Source: Cladosporium halotolerans
Lineage: Eukaryota
DNA length: 23,135 bases
Reading direction: 5' to 3'
Assembly (NCBI RefSeq): GCF_011745625.1
Contig: NW_027191458.1
Location: 992,001 to 1,015,135, forward strand
Shown: one piece after another, positions 1 to 10,803 of the stretch
Layout of the letters: every line of letters starts with the position of its first letter
Numbering within the stretch: position 1 is the first letter of the stretch
Translations under genes and position numbers: made by a program
The notes under the pieces: model-generated
Told to the model about the DNA's origin: nothing
Database searches by the model: none
What the model saw: the letters and a program-made list of their open reading frames with translations, nothing else

Positions 1-1064
1 CATCTCCAGAAGCTTCGGTGCCGTTTGCAGTCGAAGAAGCTCCGGACTCCGATGCTCCGTTGGAGCCAGATGGGCAAGTCAGGTCGAACAGCGGCTCGCC
101 GAGGTCTCTGCCGACGATGCCGAATGATGGCTCTGGCGCAGGCGAGGCGTTGTTGTCGCGGAGGATGTACCACCAGACATTGTAGTTGTTGAAGATATCG
201 CAGCCGACCTCATCCCAGAACGTCTTGGAGTTCTCAACGGAAGCGACGGCGTCACCCTGGGTCGGGCCAGAGACGGGCCATCCGGTCTCAGTGATCCAAA
301 GGGGCTTGTCTCCCGCAACACCTTCAACAGCACTGAGTGCATTATAGAACAAGGCGTTGCCATTCTCAACAGAGTTCTCAAGAGAGCTTTCCCAGAAAGG
401 GAAGGCTGCGTGATGTCAGTACAAAATTCTTCCACTTGCAGATGATACAAAGCTGAAACATACCGTTGAATCCGACCCAGTCAACAGCGTCCAGCACAGC
501 GCTGTTGCTTCCATTAACCCAATCATTCCATGTGTCGACGTGGCCAACGGGGGCCTCGGAAGCCGCAGTGTTGGCGATGACAGAACGTGTGCGCTGGATG
601 TAGTCGACGAGGACGTCAGGGCCTTCACCGAGCCCGCTGTCGTTCTCGATGCCCTGAACCGAGACTCTGTAGAGATCCTCGGACCCGACGGAGATACCAA
701 CGATCAGGTCAGTCAAAGCGGTACCGTACTGATCAATGGCAGCGCTGAGAGCATCGAGCTCGTTCTGGAAGACCTCGCTGCTGGCTGAAGCCCAGAGTCC
801 GAGCAACAAAGTCGTCTGCGTGTCAATGGCAGCCTGGAGAGCAGAGATGGGAGTGTTCGTCGTGCCACCTTGGATCATAGTGTATAGGCGGGCCGAAGAA
901 AACCCAGATGCATTGGGAAGACTGTTGGCACGGTTGAACTCGGCCTCAAAATCCGACTGCTGTTTCGGGGCGCCGTTGGTGAAGACATTGCCGTAGTTGA
1001 AGCCCTTGGACACGCCTTGGGCGGCGGCGGTAGCGGCCAGGGCCAACAAAGATGTGTACTGCAT
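1..1064 (-). CDS. eglC: GH17 glucan endo-1,3-beta-glucosidase (EglC/Bgl2-like cell-wall glucanase), 3' end outside window; exons 1064-464, 405-<1
   Basis: Signal peptide [15 protein letters not shown] followed by KGFNYG, ARLYT and [11 protein letters not shown]. Removing the intron 463-406 (GTATGT..CTGAC..CAG) restores the frame FNAFPFWE...WITETGWP...SFGIV...FDLTC, then a Ser/Gly-rich tail typical of GPI-anchored EglC. Confidence 0.9.
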
Positions 1065-1872
1065 ATTCGATAAACGATGGTCGGATTGGAAATCCCAGCA
1101 AACCTGCGTTTAGGACGGAGAGTTACTTTTGTAATGCCACAGCGGTACCTGCGTCATGGGTCTGGCCTAGACTTACGCATACTCCAAGCCGCGGACTCCA
1201 CGTCTACCGCTCTCAACGCGAGAGTCCCACCTTTAGGTACCTGTACTTTCCACGGCCTGGAGCGCATTCAGTCTCTGGGCCGCCGGCGGCCGCGTGGCGA
1301 GTGTGGAGGACACGACCTTAGTGTCTTGGGGAGCTCGGGGCTGCGGGTAGGTCGTTCATGATAGGCTGCAACAGGGATCAACTCTTGCTATTTCCGTCAG
1401 GTCAGGAACAAATACACAGTAATAGGCTTCGCTGGAATGTGGCGCATCCGGATGGAGATGTCATCGGCCGCGGTCCGCTGCTTGGCGGTATTCTTTCGCT
1501 GAGCACCGTCTGATCCCGGGGCATGGCTGAGCACTGCAAAATCAGCAGGCGGAGTGCCACGGGAGATTCGCCATGCCATAGCTTATACTACGCTTTTGCG
1601 CCGATGAAAAGCTATGATGACCGCGGAAGATAAACTGCTATATTCCCTATAGATGTACTTGACGTTCAGGACGTTGAGGAGTGGAGTGCGGGCGGCAGAT
1701 CTGGAGAAAAACGGCCCAGCTGTGATCGGCAGAGTGGCACACATCACATCACAGACTCTCTCGATCTAAAATTTCCACGCACGTGACTTCACAAGCCATC
1801 CGTTCTGCCGCATCCGCCGCACTCTTTGTTGGGATCAAAGAAGCTCTTGGTAGCTCAGCCAGCCGCTGTGGG

Positions 1873-2370
1873 ATGGCGGCAGATTTTCAGGCACCGTCGG
1901 GTGATCATCCAGACTACTATACCATCCTGAACCTTGCAAGTCGCAAGCAGGACCCCTCCCTGTCCCCTGCGGAGGTGAAGTCGGCCTACAAAAAAGCTCT
2001 GCTTCAGCATCATCCGGATAAGTCGACGTCAGTAGTCAAGCCTGGTTTCACCGTTGACTCCATTGCGCTGGCCTACAAAATTCTATCGTCGCCTTCTCTC
2101 AAAACAGAATACGACCTTGGCCTCCAGACTCTGCGGTCAAAGGACAGCGACAAGGTTTTCCACACTGGACTGGACACTGTTGATCTTGATGACCTAGCTT
2201 TTAACGAGTCAAAAGAAATCTGGACGAGAGGCTGCAGATGTGGCGATGACAGCGGCTTCATCGTGACGGAGGCGGAACTCGAGTCAAACGCCGAGGATGG
2301 CGAGCTGATCACCGGATGCAGAGGGTGTAGCCTGTGGCTCAGAGTGCTGTTTGGCGTGGAGGAAGGATGA
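1873..2370 (+). CDS. DPH4: Diphthamide biosynthesis protein 4 (J-domain plus CSL zinc finger)
   Basis: DYYTILNL...AYKKALLQHHPDK J-domain with HPD; VDLDDL; CRCG...GCRGCSLWLRVLF CSL finger. First ATG is at 1873 (the ORF track starts at an upstream GTG). Confidence 0.93.
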   Translation: MAADFQAPSGDHPDYYTILNLASRKQDPSLSPAEVKSAYKKALLQHHPDKSTSVVKPGFTVDSIALAYKILSSPSLKTEYDLGLQTLRSKDSDKVFHTGLDTVDLDDLAFNESKEIWTRGCRCGDDSGFIVTEAELESNAEDGELITGCRGCSLWLRVLFGVEEG

Positions 2371-2648
2371 GACAACCTCACCACTGGGGCTGCATGCCGG
2401 ATTTGACGGCATGCCCATTACGGGCTTCACCAATGTGAGGGTCAAGAGATTGAAGGGCAAAAAAATCGTTGCTCATTAGGTACCTGTGGGTATCAAGAAA
2501 ACGGAAAGCAAGCAACAAATCCAGCCGCTCAACCAGCCTAAATGTCGTCAAGAACAACCGACAACGCGATGAACGGTATCAAGCGGACCTAGCGACTGAG
2601 GCCTGCGCTGGTAATCAAATAAGAACGGCAAAGGATATCAGTCAACTC

Positions 2649-4610
2649 TCAACCGACCCGCGCCTCAGGAGGTGGCGGTGACCCCTGCCCACCCACACTC
2701 GCCTCAGCGCCAGTGACGGTACTGGGACCACCACTGTCACGAGCCTCGAACCCGTAATCTCGCTTCAATTTACCCCATTTCGCCTGCTCGAGCTGCTTCC
2801 TGTCTTTCGCATACTGCCCCAATGGGGTTTTCTCATGCGGCTCCGCCTGGCCATTGCGGAGCTCAGCCTCCAGGGCGTCTAAATCGCTCTCGTCTGAGCT
2901 CGAGATGGATCCAGACCGGCTTCCCTGGCGGTAGATGATATGATCGCCCTCCTTCTTCTTCCGCTCGCGCTGCTCCGATTTCATCTTGTTCATCTTCGCT
3001 TCGTCAGCTTGGCAATCCAAAGTCAAAATGTGAAGACCCGGCAAGTTGGCGGCAAGATATGCTTTGAGCAGAGGGAGAAGTTTCGCGTTGGGCCTGTACG
3101 TTCCGGAATCATTGTCTATGATGAGCTCGTAATGGCTGGGGTCATTTGGCGGATCTTCCTTGGGCGGACCGCCGACAACATCATCCGGCGGATGGGAAGT
3201 GTTGTCTTCGTGGTTGGGAGGGTGACTGTACGTGGTGTGCTCGGTTGGTTCGGGGGGTGGTGGCCGCTTGGGGTGTTTGAGCCGGCGGATGAAAAATTCG
3301 CCGGAAAAGGCGATGTACATAGACACATCACTATGCATGGTATGTTTGCTCAACATGTCTATGCCGAACTCTTTGCCAGTCTCAGTGAAGCGGAAGAGAG
3401 CATCGAGCGTGAGGACATAGGTGAAGATGCGAGCACCCTGATCATAGTGCACGAGATCCAGGAAATGCTTCGTGACATCCATGCCAGGGTCTTTGCCGAA
3501 GCACCCGTACACAGTAGACTTGTCGAAGTTGTACACACGGGCGTGCTGGTGGTGAAGGGCTTTGGACAGCACAAAACCCTGCAGTCCTGAATTCGTGAAC
3601 ATACGCTTCGCCCAAGGCTTGAACTCGACGTATCTGTGGTAGAGTTCAGGCGGTACAGGTCCGCGGAGCTGGAGCTGATTGGCCTGGAAGTCGTAAGGGC
3701 GTGGCTTTCTCTTGTCTTGCTGGGACTCTTGCCGCTGGCCATTACCGTTTGCGCTTCCGACACCAGCGTTGTCGTCTTCTTCGCTCGGATCATGCGTGTT
3801 CGCAATACGCCCGAGTAAAGGACTGTAATGTCTCGTCCACCACTGCGGGCCAAGAGTGTACATCCTGCCGTTCTGGCCATCTTCCGGAGTCTTCTCGAGC
3901 ACTTGTATGCTCAGGTAGAGGTCGCCGTGCATGTGCTCCGCCAATTGGAGGCATGTTGCGATAGCGCGAACCACGTACGCTCGCTTGCTTCCTGCTTTCT
4001 TCTCGATGTGGAAGTTTTTTTGCTTCATGCCCTCCCATCCAACAAGCGAGGGCACATGAACATGCACATTGCCTAGCCGGTCATCTTTGTTTGCCGGGTC
4101 CTCGTCATATACCCGTAGCTTCAACTTCAATCCTTCCGCGGGCGCGTTTGCGACGACCCAATCAGAATTCCAGACTGGATCGGTATTGCGCCTAACTGTA
4201 GGCGTGCGGAACTGCAACGGTGGGTCTTCTTTGTGTCGCATTGGTCCGTCGCTCTTGCACTCGGCGAGCACATAAGGGTCTGAAGATAGGGAGTTCACAT
4301 CGGACATGGGCAAGTTCGTTGCGCGGTGGATCGTGATCTTGATTGTGTATCCGCCCGGTCGGTGAGGTATAGGCGTGCTGTCATACCCTCCGGCCGGCTG
4401 CTTTTGCTTGCTCTCTTCGCTGTGTTCATTCATGCCACTCTCGGCGGCGCCGCCCTTTTCCGGGTCTCTGGATGTGCCATTGTGCACGGCGAACTCCTGC
4501 GCCTGCTTCTTCTCTGCCGAGATGTCGAGCGGCCGCGCAGTATGGCCCTCCTGACCCTCCCTGTCCGGCGATTCTCGCGCAGTCTGCGCGATTGCTTTGT
4601 CTGCCTCCAT
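2649..4610 (-). CDS. C2-domain-containing protein with an uncharacterised C-terminal domain
   Basis: IKITIHRATNLPMSDVNSLSSDPYV...NTDPVWN...LKLRVYDEDPANKDDRLG is a C2 domain with Asp ligands. Long uninterrupted ORF. Start at MEAD (4610) is preferred over the Arg-rich upstream extension to 4823 but is uncertain. Confidence 0.8.
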   Translation of the reverse strand: MEADKAIAQTARESPDREGQEGHTARPLDISAEKKQAQEFAVHNGTSRDPEKGGAAESGMNEHSEESKQKQPAGGYDSTPIPHRPGGYTIKITIHRATNLPMSDVNSLSSDPYVLAECKSDGPMRHKEDPPLQFRTPTVRRNTDPVWNSDWVVANAPAEGLKLKLRVYDEDPANKDDRLGNVHVHVPSLVGWEGMKQKNFHIEKKAGSKRAYVVRAIATCLQLAEHMHGDLYLSIQVLEKTPEDGQNGRMYTLGPQWWTRHYSPLLGRIANTHDPSEEDDNAGVGSANGNGQRQESQQDKRKPRPYDFQANQLQLRGPVPPELYHRYVEFKPWAKRMFTNSGLQGFVLSKALHHQHARVYNFDKSTVYGCFGKDPGMDVTKHFLDLVHYDQGARIFTYVLTLDALFRFTETGKEFGIDMLSKHTMHSDVSMYIAFSGEFFIRRLKHPKRPPPPEPTEHTTYSHPPNHEDNTSHPPDDVVGGPPKEDPPNDPSHYELIIDNDSGTYRPNAKLLPLLKAYLAANLPGLHILTLDCQADEAKMNKMKSEQRERKKKEGDHIIYRQGSRSGSISSSDESDLDALEAELRNGQAEPHEKTPLGQYAKDRKQLEQAKWGKLKRDYGFEARDSGGPSTVTGAEASVGGQGSPPPPEARVG

Positions 4611-5542
4611 GCTCTTCACGTTACATGCGCGCGAAAGCTTGCGCAAGTACCTCAGTCGCGTTGTCCGGCTTCGCGCGGGGAAAACTCGTAGTCGTTCGTA
4701 GGTGATATAGGTGTATGTACGTTGACCTACCGTGGCATAGGCGCCAAATGGTGGGAACCGGGAGCGGAACCGGCGGCGAGGACGCCTCTCTTGAGGAGGG
4801 GCAGGGACTACGTACGCCTGCATAGCGTCTTACGCGACGAATATAGACCGGGCGCCGCAGCGAGGCTACCTCACTTAAAGCGGCCAAGCGCGACGCCCGC
4901 AGAGCTTAGCAAGGCTTGTTTGCACGCGAAACAGGATTTAGCTGAACTCTGACCTCACGCGGCAGACGCGGCCACTGCGGCATCCAGGACATGTGCATAG
5001 CCGGCTGCGAGGCTGGGTGAAGCGACGCGCCAGCCTTACCAGCCTCGTGCCCTTGGTCGTCCGTGCGAGCCCTACCGTAGGGCCAATCACTCGCACGTCA
5101 AGTTATGGCCGGCGAACCACCCCACTTCGCATCGGCGCCATGGATCTGACTGCTCCGCTCTGGAGATGAGAAGCGACACACCGGCACATCTTGGCAAGGC
5201 GCGTTGTCTGCTTCACGGCATAGTCATTCCATCTTGGCCGTATTGTTACGCATGTGCGTCCTGCCGACGTTTCCGCACGCCAAGTTGGCTCATCGTCTAC
5301 GCAGGCGAACGAATTCTTGGCTTTGTTCGATGTGGAGGAGCCAACAGGGGACCAAGACTTCCAAATGAGTAATAACAATGAATTTTGAACGGCACTGAAT
5401 ACGCGCTGCCTGTACAGTAAGCAACTGAGGCTGGTCGCTATGTAAGCCACAAATCCCGATTCGCCAAGGTATCTCAATATGAAACCACTCCCGTGCTACG
5501 ATGATCCAACTCCGGTTACGCCCACTTTGATCCGTCGTCTCC

Positions 5543-8025
5543 TCAAAAGTCTTCGTCGCCCATGTCGAACTCGTCTTCACCCGCCTCGATGAAGACGAGG
5601 CGCGTGCCTTCAGCGGCAGTTTGCCAGATCTAAGAAAACAATGATTAGCCTCGCAATTTTTGTCTCGCAGAACATCAGATTGACTCACATCCAAGTTGGC
5701 GTACTCGTCAAGACATGCCTCCAGCTGTTGTACGGTAAAACCCTTGGCGAGCACTCTCTCCCTGACGCGGCGCATGTCCAACTCTCCTCTGCCTTCGCCG
5801 GTCGCAGCGGCACCGCTGTCGCGCATGCCGCGGACAAGGTTGAAGATCTTCGTGCTCGGAGACTGGTCGCCGCGACGATCGCGGTTGTCGTCGTACAGAC
5901 TGGCCTTGCTGACCTCGACCAATCTGAGTGCCTCGTCGACGTCGTCGCTGATGACTTCGTTGGCAAAGCGGAGACGCGCGAGGGCTTGGGAAAGACGCAA
6001 GATACCAAGGAGGGTACGTGGCGAAGTGTGCGTGAACGTCTTTTTGCCGGCCTCATCCCGCTTCTGCTGTTGGCGCAGTCGTACGTACGCGCCGACGAGA
6101 TAGTCGGAGATGGCCTTGGGGACGACAGGGCGGAATGTACGTGCACGTGCAACCCACTGTCGCACTTCGTTAGGGGAGAAGACAAGACCACCGCCTTGAG
6201 GTTCAGGGTGGGCGTTGTGAATGTGGACGTGCGTAACGTGGCGAGCCAGCTCCTCATCAGCATCCCTGGATGGAGTGTCTAGAATGAGGAAGAGAACGTC
6301 GAATCTACTCAGCAGAGCGGCTGGCAGGTTAATGTTTTCGACAGGTGAGATGCGAGGGTTGTAACGACCATAGAGAGGGTTTGCTGCTGCCAAAATAGAA
6401 GTTCTGGCGTTCAACGTTGTCGTAATGCCGGCTTTCGAGATAGAAATGGTCTGTTGTTCCATGACTTCGTGAATAGCTGTTCTGTCGCTGTCGTCCATCT
6501 TGTCGAATTCGTCGATGCAGCAAGTACCATTGTCGGCCAGAACCAGAGCGCCACCTTCAAGAACCATCTCGTCTGTCACAGGGTCTCTCATCACAGCAGC
6601 GGTCAAACCAACGCCACTGCTACCACGACCAGTAGTGTATACACCACGAGGAGCGACCTTAGTAATGTACTTCAAAAGCTGAGATTTGGCGACACCAGGA
6701 TCACCCATCAAGCAGACGTTGATGTCTCCACGAATCTTCATGCCATCGCCCATCTCCTTGGTCACGCCGCCAATCAACTGCAGAAGGAGCGCCTTCTTCA
6801 CGTCCAGGTGGCCAAAGATTTCCGGTGCGATTGAACGACTGAGGTACTCGTAAAGCTGTCCAGACTGCTCGAGTTCCGTCATGCGTTGGATGGTCGTAGG
6901 CGCAAGCACCATGTCGTCGTAAGCCTTCTTGTGCTGGTGCACATATTGGGCCTCCAGGTAAGTATCCGTGAGCAGACCGGCCTTGATTGCCTTGAATCCA
7001 GTGTAGGGTATGGGCAGGAAGATGCCGGCAATGTCGATCACGTCGCCAGGATTGACCTGCCTGCAAAGCTCGCCATGACATTGAACGGTAAGCTGGCGTG
7101 GGATGTGGCCCACGGGTACCTGGTCTGCCATTTCCTGGATCTTGATCTCCTGGAACGGCAAAAACCTGGAAGCGCGCGTCGAAAGGAAAAGCTGTCCCTT
7201 TGCATTGTTCGACTGACAAGCATCGGATGTACACTCGACCAGAGGTGTGAAGTTCTGCGTGGTGACAGGCTGAAAAATCTCGTGGCCGCAGCGGTCGCAA
7301 GAGTAGGCGTTGACCTGGACCGAAGGCTTGACGTCGGACACTCTTGTCGCGATACCGCGGACAGTGATCAGGTGCCCTAGATGATCGCCGCGTACATTGC
7401 GAACAGCCAGAGCTTTCTTGCTGATTTCGCTACTCGAGCCGGACGGTGTGATGGGCTTGAAGTTGAGGGTATATCTCCTCGTCAGAGCCCGGGGAAACAT
7501 GGATTCTGCGGCCGCATGCTCGTTCCCGCTAGCCTCCAATTGTTGCATGACAGTCTCATTGTACTTCGCTCGCTGGGTCATGATGATGTCCAGCACATCC
7601 TCCTTGAAGCTTGTCTCTTGTGCGGGCTGAGGGAGCAGGTTGTCCACCGCACGAGATAGGATCTCAATGTAGTGATAGGCGTTCTTCTCGATGGATGCGA
7701 CAAGTTGCAAGTTGGAGTCCTCGGGTAATGTTTTCTCGTACTCCTGGAGGTCGTCCAAGCTCACCAACACCTGATTTGTCTTCCTGTCCGCAACGCTCTG
7801 CAGCATGTCCATGTACTTCTGCTTCGTTTTTCGGCCTCTGGGGCGCGCGCCAGCAGCATCGTCCATAAAGTCATATTCGTCGCTCTCATTGTCGCCATTC
7901 AGATTAAGGTCTTCCAGTGCATCTTCCGTTGCGGTCGAGGAAGACTTGAAGTTGCGCAGGAAATCTTCGAATGCCACTTGTTGTTCTTGATAGTTGACGA
8001 GAAACTTGGTTTGAAGGAGCGCCAT
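5543..8025 (-). CDS. MCM7: DNA replication licensing factor MCM7; exons 8025-5689, 5629-5543 (~807 aa)
   Basis: Zinc finger CDRC...C..DAC, IQEMADQVPVGHIPR, Walker A GDPGVAKSQ, Walker B CCIDEFDKM, Arg finger LLSRFD. Intron 5688-5630 (GTGAGT..GCTAAT..TAG) gives the C-terminus IWQTAAEGTRLVFIEAG...DF*. Confidence 0.97.
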
Positions 8026-8128
8026 GGCTGCTGTGAACCGTGAGCCTTTGCGATTTGGTCAATTGCGAGGATGAGCGAGGATGTGATATTCGCTGTCGCA
8101 TCTAAAGCCGGGGGCTGCAGAGGTAGAA

Positions 8129-8190
8129 GCGCGAACGCGCCCGCGTTGCTAGCAGCGACGGAGCGCGTTTGAGAGCGCGTCGAACGCGAA
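8129..8190. promoter_or_regulatory. Cluster of MCB-like CGCG elements upstream of MCM7
   Basis: Six CGCG cores (8130, 8136, 8142, 8164, 8176, 8185) within 60 bp, about 105-165 bp upstream of the MCM7 ATG. Confidence 0.6.
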
Positions 8191-8431
8191 GCGGGACTTC
8201 CCGCAATTTGCGTGCCCCTCGTTCCCTCCCTTCACTCACGCCACGCCCTCTTTGAAATGCGTGGCGCAGAGAAACAGGCAAGGTAGGCGAAGTAGGGTGG
8301 TACAGTTATCCAAGCAAGTAACGTTCAGGTAAGGTGTTGGCTCGCCTGTCTCATCCAGCCTGCCCCTGGCTACGTATTCAAGATGGACTTTCTGCGTTCA
8401 AAACGCTTGATACAACTCACTCTTTCACAAC

Positions 8432-9478
8432 ATGACACTCCCAGATAGCTTGGCCAGCGCCCGGCGAAGGCCAGTCTGTGGAGGCCACATCCTTCTAGTC
8501 TGTGCTATCTTTTCTGCCGTCTGCCTGTGCATACTCGAAGCCGCTTACAGCACCCCCAGGCCTGTTCCGCCGAATGTTGCGCCCGGTACGCTGGCGGCAG
8601 GGACGCTTCGCGAGCAGCTAGCAGAAGCATGGAGACTCATAGCGTCACCACGAGTAGACAACGAGGATGTCGAAGGCCGCTACAATTTTACAACCATTGG
8701 CTCTCAGGTCGATGTGGCTCCTGTCCGCACACGAGCACGTATAGGGAAATGCACTTCATTGTACGGCTCTTACGGACAAGACTACTATCGAGCATTAGCT
8801 ACCCATATCAAGCACAATGAGGCTCATCACTACGACGCTTATGTTCTCAATCGCTCCATTTTGGACGGAATCTGGTCAAAGCAAGCAGCATTGCTGGCGG
8901 TCGTACTGGAAGAATTGGAAAAGCCCAAGGATGACCGGCTTGAGTGGCTCGCTTGGTACGATGCTGACACCATGGTTCTCAATCGGTTGGTTCCACTGGA
9001 AATATTCCTACCGCCGCCAGACTTGACTGTCGTGCAAGCTCTGGTTACCCAAGACTGGAATGGCCTGAACGCCGGGGTATTCTTACTGCGGGTATCCGAA
9101 TGGACGGTTGAGTTTCTCTCGGCTGTACTGGCTTTTCCGATTTTCAGGCCTGATGTACAGCTCACATGGTCGGAGCAGAGCGCTATGGATGTGTTACTGC
9201 GAGAAGAAAGGTTTGCGAACGGGAGCGTCATTGTACCGGCGAGATGGTTCAATGCCTATCCGGGTGGTGCTCGTGGGGAGAAGTCTCTGAAGATTCGGAA
9301 GGGAGACTTGTCTCTTCATTTCGCGGGCATTGGTGACAAAGTGGGGGCTATGCAAGAATACTTGAACGATTTGGAGGCAAATAGAACAAAGTGGGAGATA
9401 CCGCTGGAGAAGACCAATTTGACCAGCGAGGCTGCATGGTTTTGGCAGGGTTACCGGCTTAGGGTTGATTCTGATTGA
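8432..9478 (+). CDS. Glycosyltransferase family 34 (GMA12/MNN10-like), type II membrane protein
   Basis: N-terminal TM segment; GIWSK, EWLAWYDADT (DxD), QDWNGLNAGVFLLRV, EQSAM, WFNAY and LHFAG motifs. Single exon. Confidence 0.88.
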   Translation: MTLPDSLASARRRPVCGGHILLVCAIFSAVCLCILEAAYSTPRPVPPNVAPGTLAAGTLREQLAEAWRLIASPRVDNEDVEGRYNFTTIGSQVDVAPVRTRARIGKCTSLYGSYGQDYYRALATHIKHNEAHHYDAYVLNRSILDGIWSKQAALLAVVLEELEKPKDDRLEWLAWYDADTMVLNRLVPLEIFLPPPDLTVVQALVTQDWNGLNAGVFLLRVSEWTVEFLSAVLAFPIFRPDVQLTWSEQSAMDVLLREERFANGSVIVPARWFNAYPGGARGEKSLKIRKGDLSLHFAGIGDKVGAMQEYLNDLEANRTKWEIPLEKTNLTSEAAWFWQGYRLRVDSD

Positions 9479-9639
9479 TATAGCAAGACAGTATGCCACC
9501 TTCCGCCTGAGAGCGAACGTCCGCTCCGCATTGCTACCACTGCCAGACGGGCGATTGATCAACCTGCATGAAAGCAAAGAGCCTCAATAGCATAGCGCAA
9601 GCCGATATGATATCAGAAGTCCCTTTGATGTAGCTGTCA

Positions 9640-10416
9640 TCATGCCAACTCCTTCAGTGTCCTTGCTTCTTCATCGTATTCTTTATCATAGACCGCTTCA
9701 AGCGTCGCAGACAGCGCCTCCGCGTTCCCTGTCAATGCGTCTTTCAGCCAGCCCTCCATCGAGTAGATGTCATCAGTATATTCTTCGGTAAGGCGTCTTA
9801 GCTCATCTGCTTCCTTACTCTTGTGCTCCAGCTCGGTTGGGTCGTTGTCGCTGTATGCGGCGAGCTCGTGGCGGACATTCTCCCGCTCAATCTCAAGGAG
9901 GCGTTTCTTGCTCAGAAGCTCATGACGGCATTCGCCACGATCTTCTAGAGCTTCATCGTCTGCGCAGCGTTGAGACTCAGCCTCTTCGAGCTTGCGCTTG
10001 AGCTCTTCGTCCGTCTCCACGGCTTTGCCATAAGTCGCCTTCGCCGCATCCAGAGCTCTTTGCCGAGTGATCTTGTCATCAAGGACGAAGTTCCAGTACC
10101 AATTGACTGAACCAATCCTTTCGGCACGGATCTTGCTGTCATCTTGTAGCATTTGGATATAGTCTGTGGCGATCTTGTCAGCGTATTTGAGAGCATCGAG
10201 GGTGCATCGGCTGCTTTACCCTTCACTTGCATGCCATTGATCTGAGCGACAGATGGCAGCGACTTCTCTAGGTCTTTGATGGTATGGGCTACACCCGACT
10301 TTTGGAGGTACGCAAGGGCCGCGGCCAACTTGGCCGGTGTGCAGTTCGTCTTTGGCGCCTGGATGCTGTCAGATTCAGGGCACGTGATCAGTGCTCACTG
10401 GAGGCAGGCTCACCAT
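9640..10416 (-). CDS. MND1: Meiotic nuclear division protein 1; exons 10416-10414, 10358-10220, 10163-9640 (~221 aa)
   Basis: Spliced product MAPKTNC...HTIKDLEKSLPSVAQINGMQVKDYIQMLQDDSKIRAERIGSVNWYWNF, then coiled coil, YSDNDP, YTDDIYSME. Two GT-AG introns preserve the frame. Confidence 0.9.
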
Positions 10417-10803
10417 GACTGAAGCAGTTACCTATTGTGACTCCTCGAAGCGTCAATGTCTCAATTCTGGCTAGGGACAGAATCGAGAGCGATTTCGTCG
10501 GAGACAGGTGAAGTCAAGTCGACGGCAAGAGCAGGCAAGCGTGCCTGCCTCAGGATCGAGCGCATACTGCTCACTTTGACCTCGCGATCGTGGCATAGAA
10601 TCACAACACAAGAGCAGACTAGGCATACTGCAGGGGCATGAACTTCGATTGAAGTTTAGAAATATCCATAGCATGTCATTGCGTTGCATGAGATGTCTCA
10701 ATCAGGCACTATCGACCCGGTGCTTAGCAATTGAGACACATTGCCAAGTTGGCCACCATCACGTCGACAGCGTGCGCAACATGTCGAGTCGGCATCGGCA
10801 GAC

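Noticed and set aside
4611..4823. Arg-rich N-terminal extension of the C2 protein ORF
   Set aside because: Composition looks like translated 5' UTR. MEAD at 4610 is the more plausible start, though unproven.
5290..5688. C-terminal extension of the 911-aa MCM7 ORF
   Set aside because: Artefact of reading through the intron 5688-5630. The spliced stop is at 5543.
2940..7990. Many antisense and alternate-frame ORFs over the C2 and MCM7 genes
   Set aside because: Shadow ORFs expected from GC-rich codon bias, with no independent motifs.
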